Assembly (NCBI GenBank): GCA_036788695.1
Contig: DAIQMY010000003.1
Span: forward strand, 6,682 to 70,681
From: Candidatus Levyibacteriota bacterium
GTDB taxonomy: Bacteria; Patescibacteriota; Microgenomatia; Levybacterales; GWA1-39-11
Length of the DNA stretch: 64,000 nucleotides
Direction of reading: 5' to 3'
Shown: piece after piece, positions 19,399 to 27,730 of the stretch
Numbering within the stretch: the stretch's first letter is position 1
Layout: every line of letters begins with the position of its first letter
Notes under the pieces: model-generated
Databases searched by the model: none
Told to the model about the DNA's origin: nothing
The model's input: the letters and a program-made list of their open reading frames with translations, nothing else
Translations under genes and position numbers: made by a program

Positions 19399-19471
19399 GC
19401 CTCGATGGCTCAGTGGTAGAGCGAGATCTTGGTAAGATCTAGGTCGGGGGTCCGATTCCCCCTCGAGGCTC
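19399..19471 (+). tRNA. tRNA-Thr (anticodon GGT)
   Basis: Acceptor GCCTCGA/TCGAGGC, D-arm GCTC-AGTGGTA-GAGC, anticodon stem AGATC/GATCT with loop TTGGTAA, T-stem GGGGG/CCCCC; T-loop TCCGATT has C at position 55. Confidence 0.8.
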
Positions 19472-19541
19472 ATAGACGAATCTCATTGTATTTTGAGCGT
19501 AATTTTTGTATAATTGTATTTCAAAGGGGAACAATAAACGT

Positions 19542-19721
19542 ATGGCAAAGAAAAAAACAGGCGCAGTATTAAAATTAGGTTTAGTTTGTACCGTGTGTCG
19601 AACACGTGGCTATATTACATCTAGAAATAAACTTAATACACCTGAGAAGCTAAAGTTAAAGAAATACTGTAGAAAATGTATGAAAGTTCAGGAGCATAAG
19701 GAAGTAGATAAGTTAAAGTAG
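19542..19721 (+). CDS. rpmG: 50S ribosomal protein L33
   Basis: MAKKKTGAVLKLGLVCTVCRTRGYITSRNKLNTPEKLKLKKYCRKCMKVQEHKE matches the L33 Zn-ribbon family (CxxC...CxxC and the NTPxKLxLKKY motif); start moved to the internal ATG at 19542 with a GGGGA RBS about 12 nt upstream (the ORF track begins 12 codons earlier). Confidence 0.85.
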   Translation: MAKKKTGAVLKLGLVCTVCRTRGYITSRNKLNTPEKLKLKKYCRKCMKVQEHKEVDKLK

Positions 19722-19862
19722 CCTTTACCTTGCGCTTCACTTCGTGAATCTAAAGCTAAAGTAATATGCAAACTTCCTTGCGTGGCTCGCTTTGCTCCCC
19801 CCTAAAGGAAGTAGATAAACTAAAGTAATATGTGCCCTTCCTTGCGTGGCTCGCTTTGCTTA
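19698..19862 (+). repeat. three imperfect ~50-55-bp tandem repeats spanning the last 8 codons of rpmG and the whole rpmG/downstream-gene intergenic region
   Basis: aaggaagtagataagttaaagta (rpmG 3' end) recurs as aaggaagtagataaactaaagtaatatg at about 19806; ctaaagtaatatgNNNNNNtccttgcgtggctcgctttgct occurs twice (about 19755 and 19818); ccttgcgcttcac is a degenerate third copy. Confidence 0.55.
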
Positions 19863-21521
19863 CCTCTGAATTGTATGTTTTTTATTTTTCCTGATTTGTT
19901 CGTATGTCTCTATGATGATTGATATGTCAGGTCTACCAAACAAATAGAATCCCAACTCTTTCAAGCTATTTAAGAGTGCTGTCGTATCTGGTTCTATTGA
20001 GGTATTTTCTAGCTGTTTATTAATCCTATATGTGATTGAGGATATAGTTTTGATATTCTTAGGAGATGGTTCTGGCAAATCAGATATAAATGAAGATATG
20101 ATTCGTAGGGTATCTGGTTGCCTGAAAAGAACTTCTCCTGCCCTGTTTACTGCTCGAAAGGCATGAACAAATAGTTTTTCCGTATCCAGCGTATCTTTAA
20201 GTTCTTCTGTTATTTCTTTAAGTTTTTTTAATTCTTCTTGAGTGTCACCTTGGGAGTTTGTATTTTGAACATGTTGTATCTGGGCTTGAATTTCATTTCC
20301 TAAAATATACAGATTCTTATTGTTTATTTCAGTCTGTGAGATATTTTCATTTTGTGGTAAAGAATCGAGAAGTTTATATGCCTGTACAACAATATTTAGT
20401 TTTCGTCCAAGTTCTTTTTTCTCCTCAACGGAAAGGGGTATCGTATATGGTTTTTTAGCAAAATTTATCAGTATGGAAAGCGAACGAGCGTCTAGGGAAG
20501 TTTTTTGCGGGAACCCATTATAAAGATGCATGAGGGTAGTTAGGACTTCACGGGTTTTTTGATAGCTATTTTCTCCAAGCAATCTTAAGTACGTTTTAAG
20601 GGGTGATTTGATAATGCCATTTTTGTATAGGTTATTAATTCGGTTCAGTTTTACAGGATCTCCAAGTTGACTGTATATGCTTTGCCATTCTAGCAAGAGA
20701 TCATTTTGATTAATTTCTCCGCGTTTTTTCTCAGATGCCTGAATTATTTTCAGTTTTTCAGCGTTTTTAGGGTTTGCGGATTTAATATGTTGTGCAATTA
20801 TCCGTGCATCCTTTATATTTGCAATAGCTATTGATGCTAGATTTCCATTCGGGTAGAGGAGTTGATAGGGACGTTCTATTCCTGCTTGCATTAATGTATC
20901 TTGAATTATGGAACCAATTGATCGGCTTTCTACTAGGAATCGGATTTCATGTTTATCCATAATTGCTCTACCATCAAAAATGCCCGATAAAAAATCCCAT
21001 ATAAATTCAGGAGATTGAGTCCATACATATTTTTGAGAAAACGTTTCAGCAAATCTTTCCCTTGACAAGTCACCTAAGCGGCTTACGGCAACACTATTTG
21101 AAAAAAGTATAACATTTTTTTGTTTTACATCTTTTTCTTGAGATTCGCCTTGGGGATTTTTATCAAATATATGCTTGCCTATGGATGTATATTTCTCTCT
21201 CGTTTCAGGATTTTTTTCACCTTTTATAAATCTACTTCCAGAATCTACATATGATGCACCACCTGTGTATCCAATGAACCATGCAAGCTCTGAAGATGGT
21301 GGAAAAGGGATAGTTTTGAATTTTTCTTCTGATATTGCTCTTATTCTGCCCAACTTTGTTTTTCCTAATAAGACCTCAACATACGTTGGGGAGTAACCAG
21401 TTTTAGCGCTTAGTTCAGCAAGAGATGCTAGAGATGGTATTTTGCCTTCTGCGTGCAGACGAGCATTTTCTAGCACATGTGATTCAAAAGCATTTCTTTT
21501 TTCTTGCAAATGTTCTTTCAT
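19860..21521 (-). CDS. hypothetical protein with two degenerate LAGLIDADG-like segments
   Basis: 553-aa ORF; segments LAWFIGYTGGASYVDSGSR and DFLSGIFDGRAIMDKHE are about 100 aa apart; its stop codon lies inside the last rpmG-derived repeat unit. Confidence 0.5.
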   Translation of the reverse strand: MKEHLQEKRNAFESHVLENARLHAEGKIPSLASLAELSAKTGYSPTYVEVLLGKTKLGRIRAISEEKFKTIPFPPSSELAWFIGYTGGASYVDSGSRFIKGEKNPETREKYTSIGKHIFDKNPQGESQEKDVKQKNVILFSNSVAVSRLGDLSRERFAETFSQKYVWTQSPEFIWDFLSGIFDGRAIMDKHEIRFLVESRSIGSIIQDTLMQAGIERPYQLLYPNGNLASIAIANIKDARIIAQHIKSANPKNAEKLKIIQASEKKRGEINQNDLLLEWQSIYSQLGDPVKLNRINNLYKNGIIKSPLKTYLRLLGENSYQKTREVLTTLMHLYNGFPQKTSLDARSLSILINFAKKPYTIPLSVEEKKELGRKLNIVVQAYKLLDSLPQNENISQTEINNKNLYILGNEIQAQIQHVQNTNSQGDTQEELKKLKEITEELKDTLDTEKLFVHAFRAVNRAGEVLFRQPDTLRIISSFISDLPEPSPKNIKTISSITYRINKQLENTSIEPDTTALLNSLKELGFYLFGRPDISIIIETYEQIRKNKKHTIQR

Positions 21522-21570
21522 GGAAAATAGTATAGGAAAACGTTAGCCTGTAGTGCTGCTTTAGAGTGTT

Positions 21571-22158
21571 TTATTTTAAACTTTTCTCTGCATACTTAAA
21601 TTCTTGCTGCATTCGGTATTCATCTCGTGGGTCGGTTAGTCTAGCCAGAAGATAAACATCTTTTACTCCTTGCATAAATGCACCTGAGTTATTTTTCTTA
21701 CCCCCTGTGTTTTCAAATATGGATTCTGCATCTTGTAGGTATCCTTTGAGAACTGGCTGTTCACAGTCAAATGGGTGTGGATCTATAAATAATTTGTCTA
21801 CAAGAAACCTATTTCTTGAAGATCCGGTTATAAAATGTAGAGTAGTATCAGTTGCAGATACATAGAGTACATCACGCATGAAAAGAAACCCTGAAAGGTA
21901 TGAGATTGTTTCACCCTCTTTTCCTTTCGTTGTAAGAGTGGTGAGAGTTTTAGAAAGTACCTCAAGTGTCTTGTCACCCATTTGCGCACGCTTCTGAGCA
22001 TCATTTAATTGAGTGTGTAAGTACGTTAAGGGGTTTTGTTCCAGGTTCTGCATGGGGTATGTAAAATCAGCCTCATGCAAAATGTGTATGGAGCTAGGTA
22101 GTCGTGGTTTTGTATACGGCTCATAGTTCTTTTCTTGTTTCATGGAATGAATATACAC
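21571..22158 (-). CDS. hypothetical protein
   Basis: 195-aa ORF, same strand and 49 nt upstream of the 553-aa gene; no recognisable domain. Confidence 0.45.
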   Translation of the reverse strand: MYIHSMKQEKNYEPYTKPRLPSSIHILHEADFTYPMQNLEQNPLTYLHTQLNDAQKRAQMGDKTLEVLSKTLTTLTTKGKEGETISYLSGFLFMRDVLYVSATDTTLHFITGSSRNRFLVDKLFIDPHPFDCEQPVLKGYLQDAESIFENTGGKKNNSGAFMQGVKDVYLLARLTDPRDEYRMQQEFKYAEKSLK

Positions 22159-22179
22159 CTTATAGTATTTTTTGTCAAA

Positions 22180-22833
22180 TTAGAGGAAAATGAGTGAGAG
22201 GAGAGCCATGGAGAGGCCAAGGATAGCCCCGCCAATAACGTCTGTTGTCCAGTGTTCACCTAGTGACACGCGGGAGACGAGCGTAAGAATAACTATTCCC
22301 CAGAAGAATCCGTACATTCCTAATTTAACAAAAATAGGTAGTTTTAATTTATATATTAAAAATGAAAAAATTAAAGCAAGAAATACTATTCGTAGAGAGT
22401 GTCCTGATGGGTATGATGCATCGGTAAATACGTGAAGACCAGGAAAATCTGTAAAATGAGAGCGTAAGAACATCCGAGGCGGACCGGGTTGTTCCAGTAT
22501 ATTCTTTCCCACAAGTTCTATAACGTGCGCAAATGCGAATAGTCCCAATGGAATAACTGCCCAAACCTTTTTTTTCAGTATGCCGTAAAGCGCTAAAACT
22601 ATGAGTAATATGCTTCCCGTAAATTCAAACCTTCCCGCAACTGACAGGAATGAGAAAAAGTCATCAAATCGTAGTGGTACTTTAGCTTGCAGTTTTACCG
22701 TGGTATCAAAATCAAAAGACCTGAGTATGTCTGCGCGGACTGCTAGGGTGAATGCGAAAAACAAAAATAAAAGAAATAATCCTGCAGATATAAGGGTAAG
22801 ATTTTGCTTTGTAAAAAAAGATTTTTTTGCCAC
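22180..22833 (-). CDS. PAP2-family membrane phosphatase (undecaprenyl-diphosphatase/phosphatidic acid phosphatase type 2-like)
   Basis: Multi-TM protein; PAP2 motifs K..RP-like (GKNILEQPGPPR), PSGH (SYPSGHS) and SRx5Hx3D (SRVSLGEHWTTDV). Confidence 0.7.
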   Translation of the reverse strand: MAKKSFFTKQNLTLISAGLFLLFLFFAFTLAVRADILRSFDFDTTVKLQAKVPLRFDDFFSFLSVAGRFEFTGSILLIVLALYGILKKKVWAVIPLGLFAFAHVIELVGKNILEQPGPPRMFLRSHFTDFPGLHVFTDASYPSGHSLRIVFLALIFSFLIYKLKLPIFVKLGMYGFFWGIVILTLVSRVSLGEHWTTDVIGGAILGLSMALLSLIFL

Positions 22834-22873
22834 AATTAATATTACAAGAAAGTAACTTTAAGATCAAATAAAA

Positions 22874-24601
22874 TTAATGTATTAAATATGCCTTGCAAAA
22901 AGAGGAATTAGACAGTTTTTCAACTCCAAAGTCAGATATTTTTAAATTTTGAATATAGGTTCCAAGTTCTACATTTTTACATATCGCGTCATTATAGATA
23001 AGATATAATCCTCCACTATCCTTGAGCTGTGGCAGAAGAATGGGAGTTGCATTTTTAAGTTTTATGCCACAATTTACATCAATTATTAAAATTCCCTTAT
23101 GATTTTTGTTGGGGATTTTTCCGGGGCAATTTGAAAATGTTATATTCCCCAACGTGAACGTGTTAGTATTTAGTGAGTTTTGAATAATCGGAAGAGTATC
23201 TTTGTTCATTGCGTCTCCATAGAAAAGATATTTTTGAAATGAGTCATATGGTGCGTTTGTATAGATTGTGACCTTTGTATTTTTTTGCACGCGATTTACA
23301 TATGATGAAAGAATTCTCAGTTTAAAATCAAAATGTCCTTGGATTGGAAATTGAAAGAGGTATGATTGCATAAAATTCAAACTAAGAATTGCATAAAGAA
23401 ATATAATTATACAGGTAGTTATTTTTTTGTATTTTACGTGCTGAAGTATAGATGTTACTCCAAAAGCAATACCAATAAATGCAAAAGGGAAGAAGAGTGA
23501 GATATGAGGCGTAAAGTTTCTGGTTTCAGATCCTTGCAGGAGCTGGGGAAGAAGTGAAAATACCGCAAGCAGACCTAAAAAAACAAATATTTTCTTTTTT
23601 TTGAAAAACAGAAAGATCATGCCTAAAAAAAGAAACGGAAGGTCTAGAACATAAAAAACTCCATGCCTCGGGACAGAGAAAAATAGATCCCCTGATGAGA
23701 AAAGATAGTTAAACGATAATGTATTTAATAGTTTTTCAACAATAATTTTAAAATAGAGTACTGGTTTGTTTTCAAAAAATGAAAGGAGTGGATTTGCTAT
23801 TGAAAGTCGCCTTATAACATCTACCTGCTCGCCTAGTTTTGGGGAAAATGGAGTAAATAGATCAGTGGATCTGTTTTCCTGATTGGTAAGAAAGAGCAAT
23901 GCAGCATACAAAAGAATAAATAGAACGGAAAATAGAAGAATATAGATATAGTACTTTTTACTCTTTTTATATTCTTCGGTCGTATATACATACCATATTG
24001 TTGTAAAAATAAATGGCAGAAAAAAAACTTTTGTTCCAATATAGGAATAAAAAGAGAGCATTAAAATAGGCAGTACAAAAAGTGTTTTTGCCCTCTTAGC
24101 ATAGAGTAGTATCAAGAGTGAAACGAGAAAGAAAAAAAGAGCAGGGACTAATTCATAAGATGTTCTTCCTATATATATTTCCCATGGATTTATTGCCATA
24201 AGAAGTGAAGCAAAAAGTGCGGTTGGGGTTCCAAGAAGTTTTTTTGTAATAAAGTAGATTAAGGGAATTGTTCCAATACTAAGTAACGCGTACATAATTC
24301 TTGCTTGGAGTAGCGAGAACGGAAATGGGGAGACTGCCAATGATATGAAATAAGGGAGCTCTGCCTGGAGTGTTCCCGGTGGATATTTAAAGAAGAGTAC
24401 CATAAGAGGATTCCATGTGTGAGTAAAATCATATCCTGATAGAAAAACAGATTTTGCGGTAAGAAAATACGTTAACTCATCTCCACCTATAGCATTTGGA
24501 ACGTATTGCAGATACACAAGGCGGAAAAAAGCTCCAATGAAAATGATAAGCGTAAAAAGAACATAAGGTTTTTTAAAAAAAGTTACAAATTTTTCGCCCA
24601 C
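22874..24601 (-). CDS. GT-C-fold glycosyltransferase (ArnT/PMT, GT39/GT83-like)
   Basis: 575 aa with more than 10 TM helices; first extracytoplasmic loop carries the DE motif (GGDELTYFLTAKSV) typical of ArnT/PMT-type lipid-linked sugar transferases. Confidence 0.55.
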   Translation of the reverse strand: MGEKFVTFFKKPYVLFTLIIFIGAFFRLVYLQYVPNAIGGDELTYFLTAKSVFLSGYDFTHTWNPLMVLFFKYPPGTLQAELPYFISLAVSPFPFSLLQARIMYALLSIGTIPLIYFITKKLLGTPTALFASLLMAINPWEIYIGRTSYELVPALFFFLVSLLILLYAKRAKTLFVLPILMLSFYSYIGTKVFFLPFIFTTIWYVYTTEEYKKSKKYYIYILLFSVLFILLYAALLFLTNQENRSTDLFTPFSPKLGEQVDVIRRLSIANPLLSFFENKPVLYFKIIVEKLLNTLSFNYLFSSGDLFFSVPRHGVFYVLDLPFLFLGMIFLFFKKKKIFVFLGLLAVFSLLPQLLQGSETRNFTPHISLFFPFAFIGIAFGVTSILQHVKYKKITTCIIIFLYAILSLNFMQSYLFQFPIQGHFDFKLRILSSYVNRVQKNTKVTIYTNAPYDSFQKYLFYGDAMNKDTLPIIQNSLNTNTFTLGNITFSNCPGKIPNKNHKGILIIDVNCGIKLKNATPILLPQLKDSGGLYLIYNDAICKNVELGTYIQNLKISDFGVEKLSNSSFCKAYLIH

Positions 24602-24645
24602 ACCCCATCTTACAAGAAAGTTTGAAAGTGCGCAAAGACCTATTT

Positions 24646-24909
24646 TTATGCAGTGTTCTTAAAATGCCTGCCTGACTTGCCACGGTTTGGATGATTTCGC
24701 ACATACTTAATTACTGCAATATCCTCTTTGTCTAAATTCTTTCCCTCCATGCCCAATTTCCTTACTATTTTTGAAACCATAGCTTTTGATACACCTTCTT
24801 CTCTTGCCAATTTAGAAACTGCTCCACGTATGGATTGATACTTGGGGAGTGATCCGTCAAACCCTATGATTTCATTATTTGTTTCTATATTAAAAGATTC
24901 CTTACTCAT
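24646..24909 (-). CDS. small basic hypothetical protein
   Basis: 87-aa ORF between rnhB and the GT-C gene on the same strand; Lys/Arg-rich with a helix-turn-helix-like centre (SKAMVSKIVRKLG); no family assignment. Confidence 0.35.
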   Translation of the reverse strand: MSKESFNIETNNEIIGFDGSLPKYQSIRGAVSKLAREEGVSKAMVSKIVRKLGMEGKNLDKEDIAVIKYVRNHPNRGKSGRHFKNTA

Positions 24910-24934
24910 ATTTTAATACTATAATTAACATGCA

Positions 24935-25576
24935 TTAAATATATGCTGAGATAAAATCTGTACGGTGATGAGGGCTTGGTCCGTATTCTTTTAGTCTTTC
25001 GCGGTGAAGTTTTGTGCCATATCCTTTATTCTTTTGGAATTCATAGTGAGGAAACTCCTGCGCGAGGTTTTCCATAAATGTATCCCTTGTGATTTTTGCC
25101 AAAATACTTGCAAGGGCAATAGAAATAGACGTTGCATCTCCATAAATTATATTTTTTTGCTTTTCTGTTTTAATTTCTGGAATTAAAAATGCATCTGTAA
25201 GAAAAAAAACGCTTCTTGTATGGTTTTCAGATTTTGCTTTTTTTGCAATATGTAAAAAGCCCATTTTATTTGCAAATCCAACTCCATGTTCATTTATTAT
25301 GGATGATGAAATAAACTCTATATAAGATGCAAATATATATTCTTGAGTAATTTTTAGTATCATTTCTCTTTTTTTCTTTGAAAGTAACTTTGAGTCATTA
25401 ATCCCAAGTTTTAATATCCATTCCTTGTCATGCACGGAAAGATTAGGCTGAAGAATTATGCCGCCTACCACAAGCGGACCGGCAAAGCTTCCGCGACCAA
25501 CTTCATCTATTCCACAGACTAAAAGATTATCTTTCCATAGTTCTTCCTCAAAACGTAAATGTGGAAAATATTTCAT
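24935..25576 (-). CDS. rnhB: ribonuclease HII
   Basis: GIDEVGRGSFAGPLVVGGII (the DEaGRGplaGPvV active-site motif), DSKLLSKKKRE, and the C-terminal conserved GYG..LHRERLKEYGPSPHHR. Confidence 0.9.
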   Translation of the reverse strand: MKYFPHLRFEEELWKDNLLVCGIDEVGRGSFAGPLVVGGIILQPNLSVHDKEWILKLGINDSKLLSKKKREMILKITQEYIFASYIEFISSSIINEHGVGFANKMGFLHIAKKAKSENHTRSVFFLTDAFLIPEIKTEKQKNIIYGDATSISIALASILAKITRDTFMENLAQEFPHYEFQKNKGYGTKLHRERLKEYGPSPHHRTDFISAYI

Positions 25577-25609
25577 AAAATTAGTATAACACGTGAAAAA
25601 GTAAAAACT

Positions 25610-26374
25610 ATGGAGTATAATCCACTCTACAATATGGGATTTGAAAGTGGCGCTGAACGATTTAGTAGAAATTACATTGGAAAAGAAAAAAATATAAGGA
25701 GTTTATATTTAGAACGTACTACAAGAATAGATGAATCATCTTCTATGTCCTATCTTGCGGGTAGATTTATGGAGGCATCACGGGAGGGTTTTCTCCGTGC
25801 GGATGCGCTATTTCAAGAGAATAGTGAGGTATCTTCGCATGATAAAGTTAAAAAGCTTTCTGAATTTAACCCAATTGATTACACAGCGCTTTTTCTTTGC
25901 TCAACAGTTATAGAGGCAGACGCCTATAGGCAAACAGGAATGTTTTCCATAAACTCGCTTTTGAAACGTTTTAATCAATCAATATCCAGTACGACTATGC
26001 CTACGTTTAACCTTGTACAGGAGAATATTTTTACAAAACCGGGCAGGGATGAGCATGAACATTTTAAAGACGAATGGAAAAAAGATCCGACTTACACCAG
26101 CATCTTGCTTTATTTTGATGACTTACCGAAAGAATTGAGAGACTTTTTGGGTACCCAGGCAGATCTTAAGGAATGCATGCAAAACGTAGCACTTATATTT
26201 TGGCGGCCGTTGGTACAAGGCTACTTGGAGTTGGAGAAGCAAGAGAATAAGAAAAAAGAATATGCTCAATTTGTACCCACTACAGAAGAAGACCTCGTAA
26301 GGGTAGGATTTTCTGAAGAATTTATTGCAAGACTTATTAAAATGAAGGAAGACTATAAAAAGGCTGATATTTAA
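25610..26374 (+). CDS. hypothetical protein
   Basis: ORF track begins at 25559, overlapping the divergent rnhB start; the internal ATG at 25610 (MEYNPLYNM...) avoids the overlap; no recognisable domain. Confidence 0.45.
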   Translation: MEYNPLYNMGFESGAERFSRNYIGKEKNIRSLYLERTTRIDESSSMSYLAGRFMEASREGFLRADALFQENSEVSSHDKVKKLSEFNPIDYTALFLCSTVIEADAYRQTGMFSINSLLKRFNQSISSTTMPTFNLVQENIFTKPGRDEHEHFKDEWKKDPTYTSILLYFDDLPKELRDFLGTQADLKECMQNVALIFWRPLVQGYLELEKQENKKKEYAQFVPTTEEDLVRVGFSEEFIARLIKMKEDYKKADI

Positions 26375-26429
26375 AGTTTTTATTGCCTCTAGTCATTTCA
26401 AATGATATGATTATGTTAGGAATTTATTT

Positions 26430-27200
26430 ATGTTAACACTTGTTTTACTTTTGGTGCCCACACTTGCCATTATTTCAGCGCTGTATTTATACCAACATAC
26501 TGGGAAAAAGGAGATATTAAAATTTGATTTGGTTCAGTTTGCGTACGCATTTGTTATTGCGCCAATAATTTACGTATGGCTTAAAAGCTTTTTGTTTACT
26601 CTTTTAGTTCGGGAATTAAATCTTCATCTTTCAGTCACTGATATTTTTATAGCAGACACCGTATATACAATCTTATTTTTGTATTTCTTTGCCTTTATCA
26701 TTATCCACTCACTTACAAAAAGTTTTTCGTTAAAGAGGTCGCGTGATCCGTTTTATGATATTTTTCAGATGTCAGAATTTTTTCATATGATAACCTCTCA
26801 TGTGGTTTTTTATGTTGGAGGCGCAATCCTTTTTACTCTTCTTTCAACTATAAATATTTTTTTTCCGGTAACGAGTGCAAGTAATAATATGTTGCTTTAT
26901 ATTTCTCTTTTCTTGGGGCTTGCGTTGGGGTTCATAGTATACGTAGGATTACTTTTAACAGATGATGATTTTGAAGAAAAATACCCTAGGTTTGAGATGT
27001 TTATAGAATTGTTATTTGGCGCGTTTTTTATAATTGACGTAGGGCTTTATTTTTATTTTAGACCTGAATTTGATTTGGGAAGAGTAATGTATTGGGTTTC
27101 CCTGATGGCTTTTGCGGGGTTTATCGCAAGCTCACTCCTCATTGAGCGTTCTCAAAAATTAGTTGCTATGCTGAAAAGACTTCATTATAAAAAGAAGTAA
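26430..27200 (+). CDS. polytopic membrane protein (unknown function)
   Basis: 256 aa with about 7 hydrophobic helices. Confidence 0.5.
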   Translation: MLTLVLLLVPTLAIISALYLYQHTGKKEILKFDLVQFAYAFVIAPIIYVWLKSFLFTLLVRELNLHLSVTDIFIADTVYTILFLYFFAFIIIHSLTKSFSLKRSRDPFYDIFQMSEFFHMITSHVVFYVGGAILFTLLSTINIFFPVTSASNNMLLYISLFLGLALGFIVYVGLLLTDDDFEEKYPRFEMFIELLFGAFFIIDVGLYFYFRPEFDLGRVMYWVSLMAFAGFIASSLLIERSQKLVAMLKRLHYKKK

Positions 27201-27209
27201 AGACTGAAT

Positions 27210-27677
27210 TTAATTTACTCGCGTCAGAGTAAATGGAAGAGTTTCAGGTATAGGGTTTCCTTCTCCATCTAGCTGTCTAATTTGGTTTTGACTAAGAATT
27301 TCATAGAGAGTTTTAGCTCCTCCTACTTTGGGATTTAAGACGTACATTTGGTGAGATGAATCATTTTTTGCATTTTTGATAGTCCATGTTCCCTTTTCAG
27401 TAAGACTCGTATCTTTTCCTTCATATTCCATATGAAGCACATATGTAGGGGGTGTGTTATATATGGTAAGTGTAGTTTTTATTCCTGTGCAGTCAGCACA
27501 TAATGTAGTGCCTGAGTATACTGTTGTCTGTGGAGGCGTGGGATTAGTTTTTTCCTGTGTTTTTTTAACTACAACTAAAAATAATAGACATAAAACAAAG
27601 AAAATAAGGAAAAGAAATGATAAGCGGGTTAGATCATGTTTATTTTTGCGAATTGTTTTGTGTTTCTTTTTGGGCAT
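27210..27677 (-). CDS. small membrane-anchored secreted protein
   Basis: 155 aa; basic N-terminus, one TM, a Thr/Pro linker and a small Cys-containing domain. Confidence 0.45.
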   Translation of the reverse strand: MPKKKHKTIRKNKHDLTRLSFLFLIFFVLCLLFLVVVKKTQEKTNPTPPQTTVYSGTTLCADCTGIKTTLTIYNTPPTYVLHMEYEGKDTSLTEKGTWTIKNAKNDSSHQMYVLNPKVGGAKTLYEILSQNQIRQLDGEGNPIPETLPFTLTRVN

Positions 27678-27730
27678 AAATTAAACATAAAGTATTTTAC
27701 AAAATTTGTCAAACAGGGTATGATAATACT

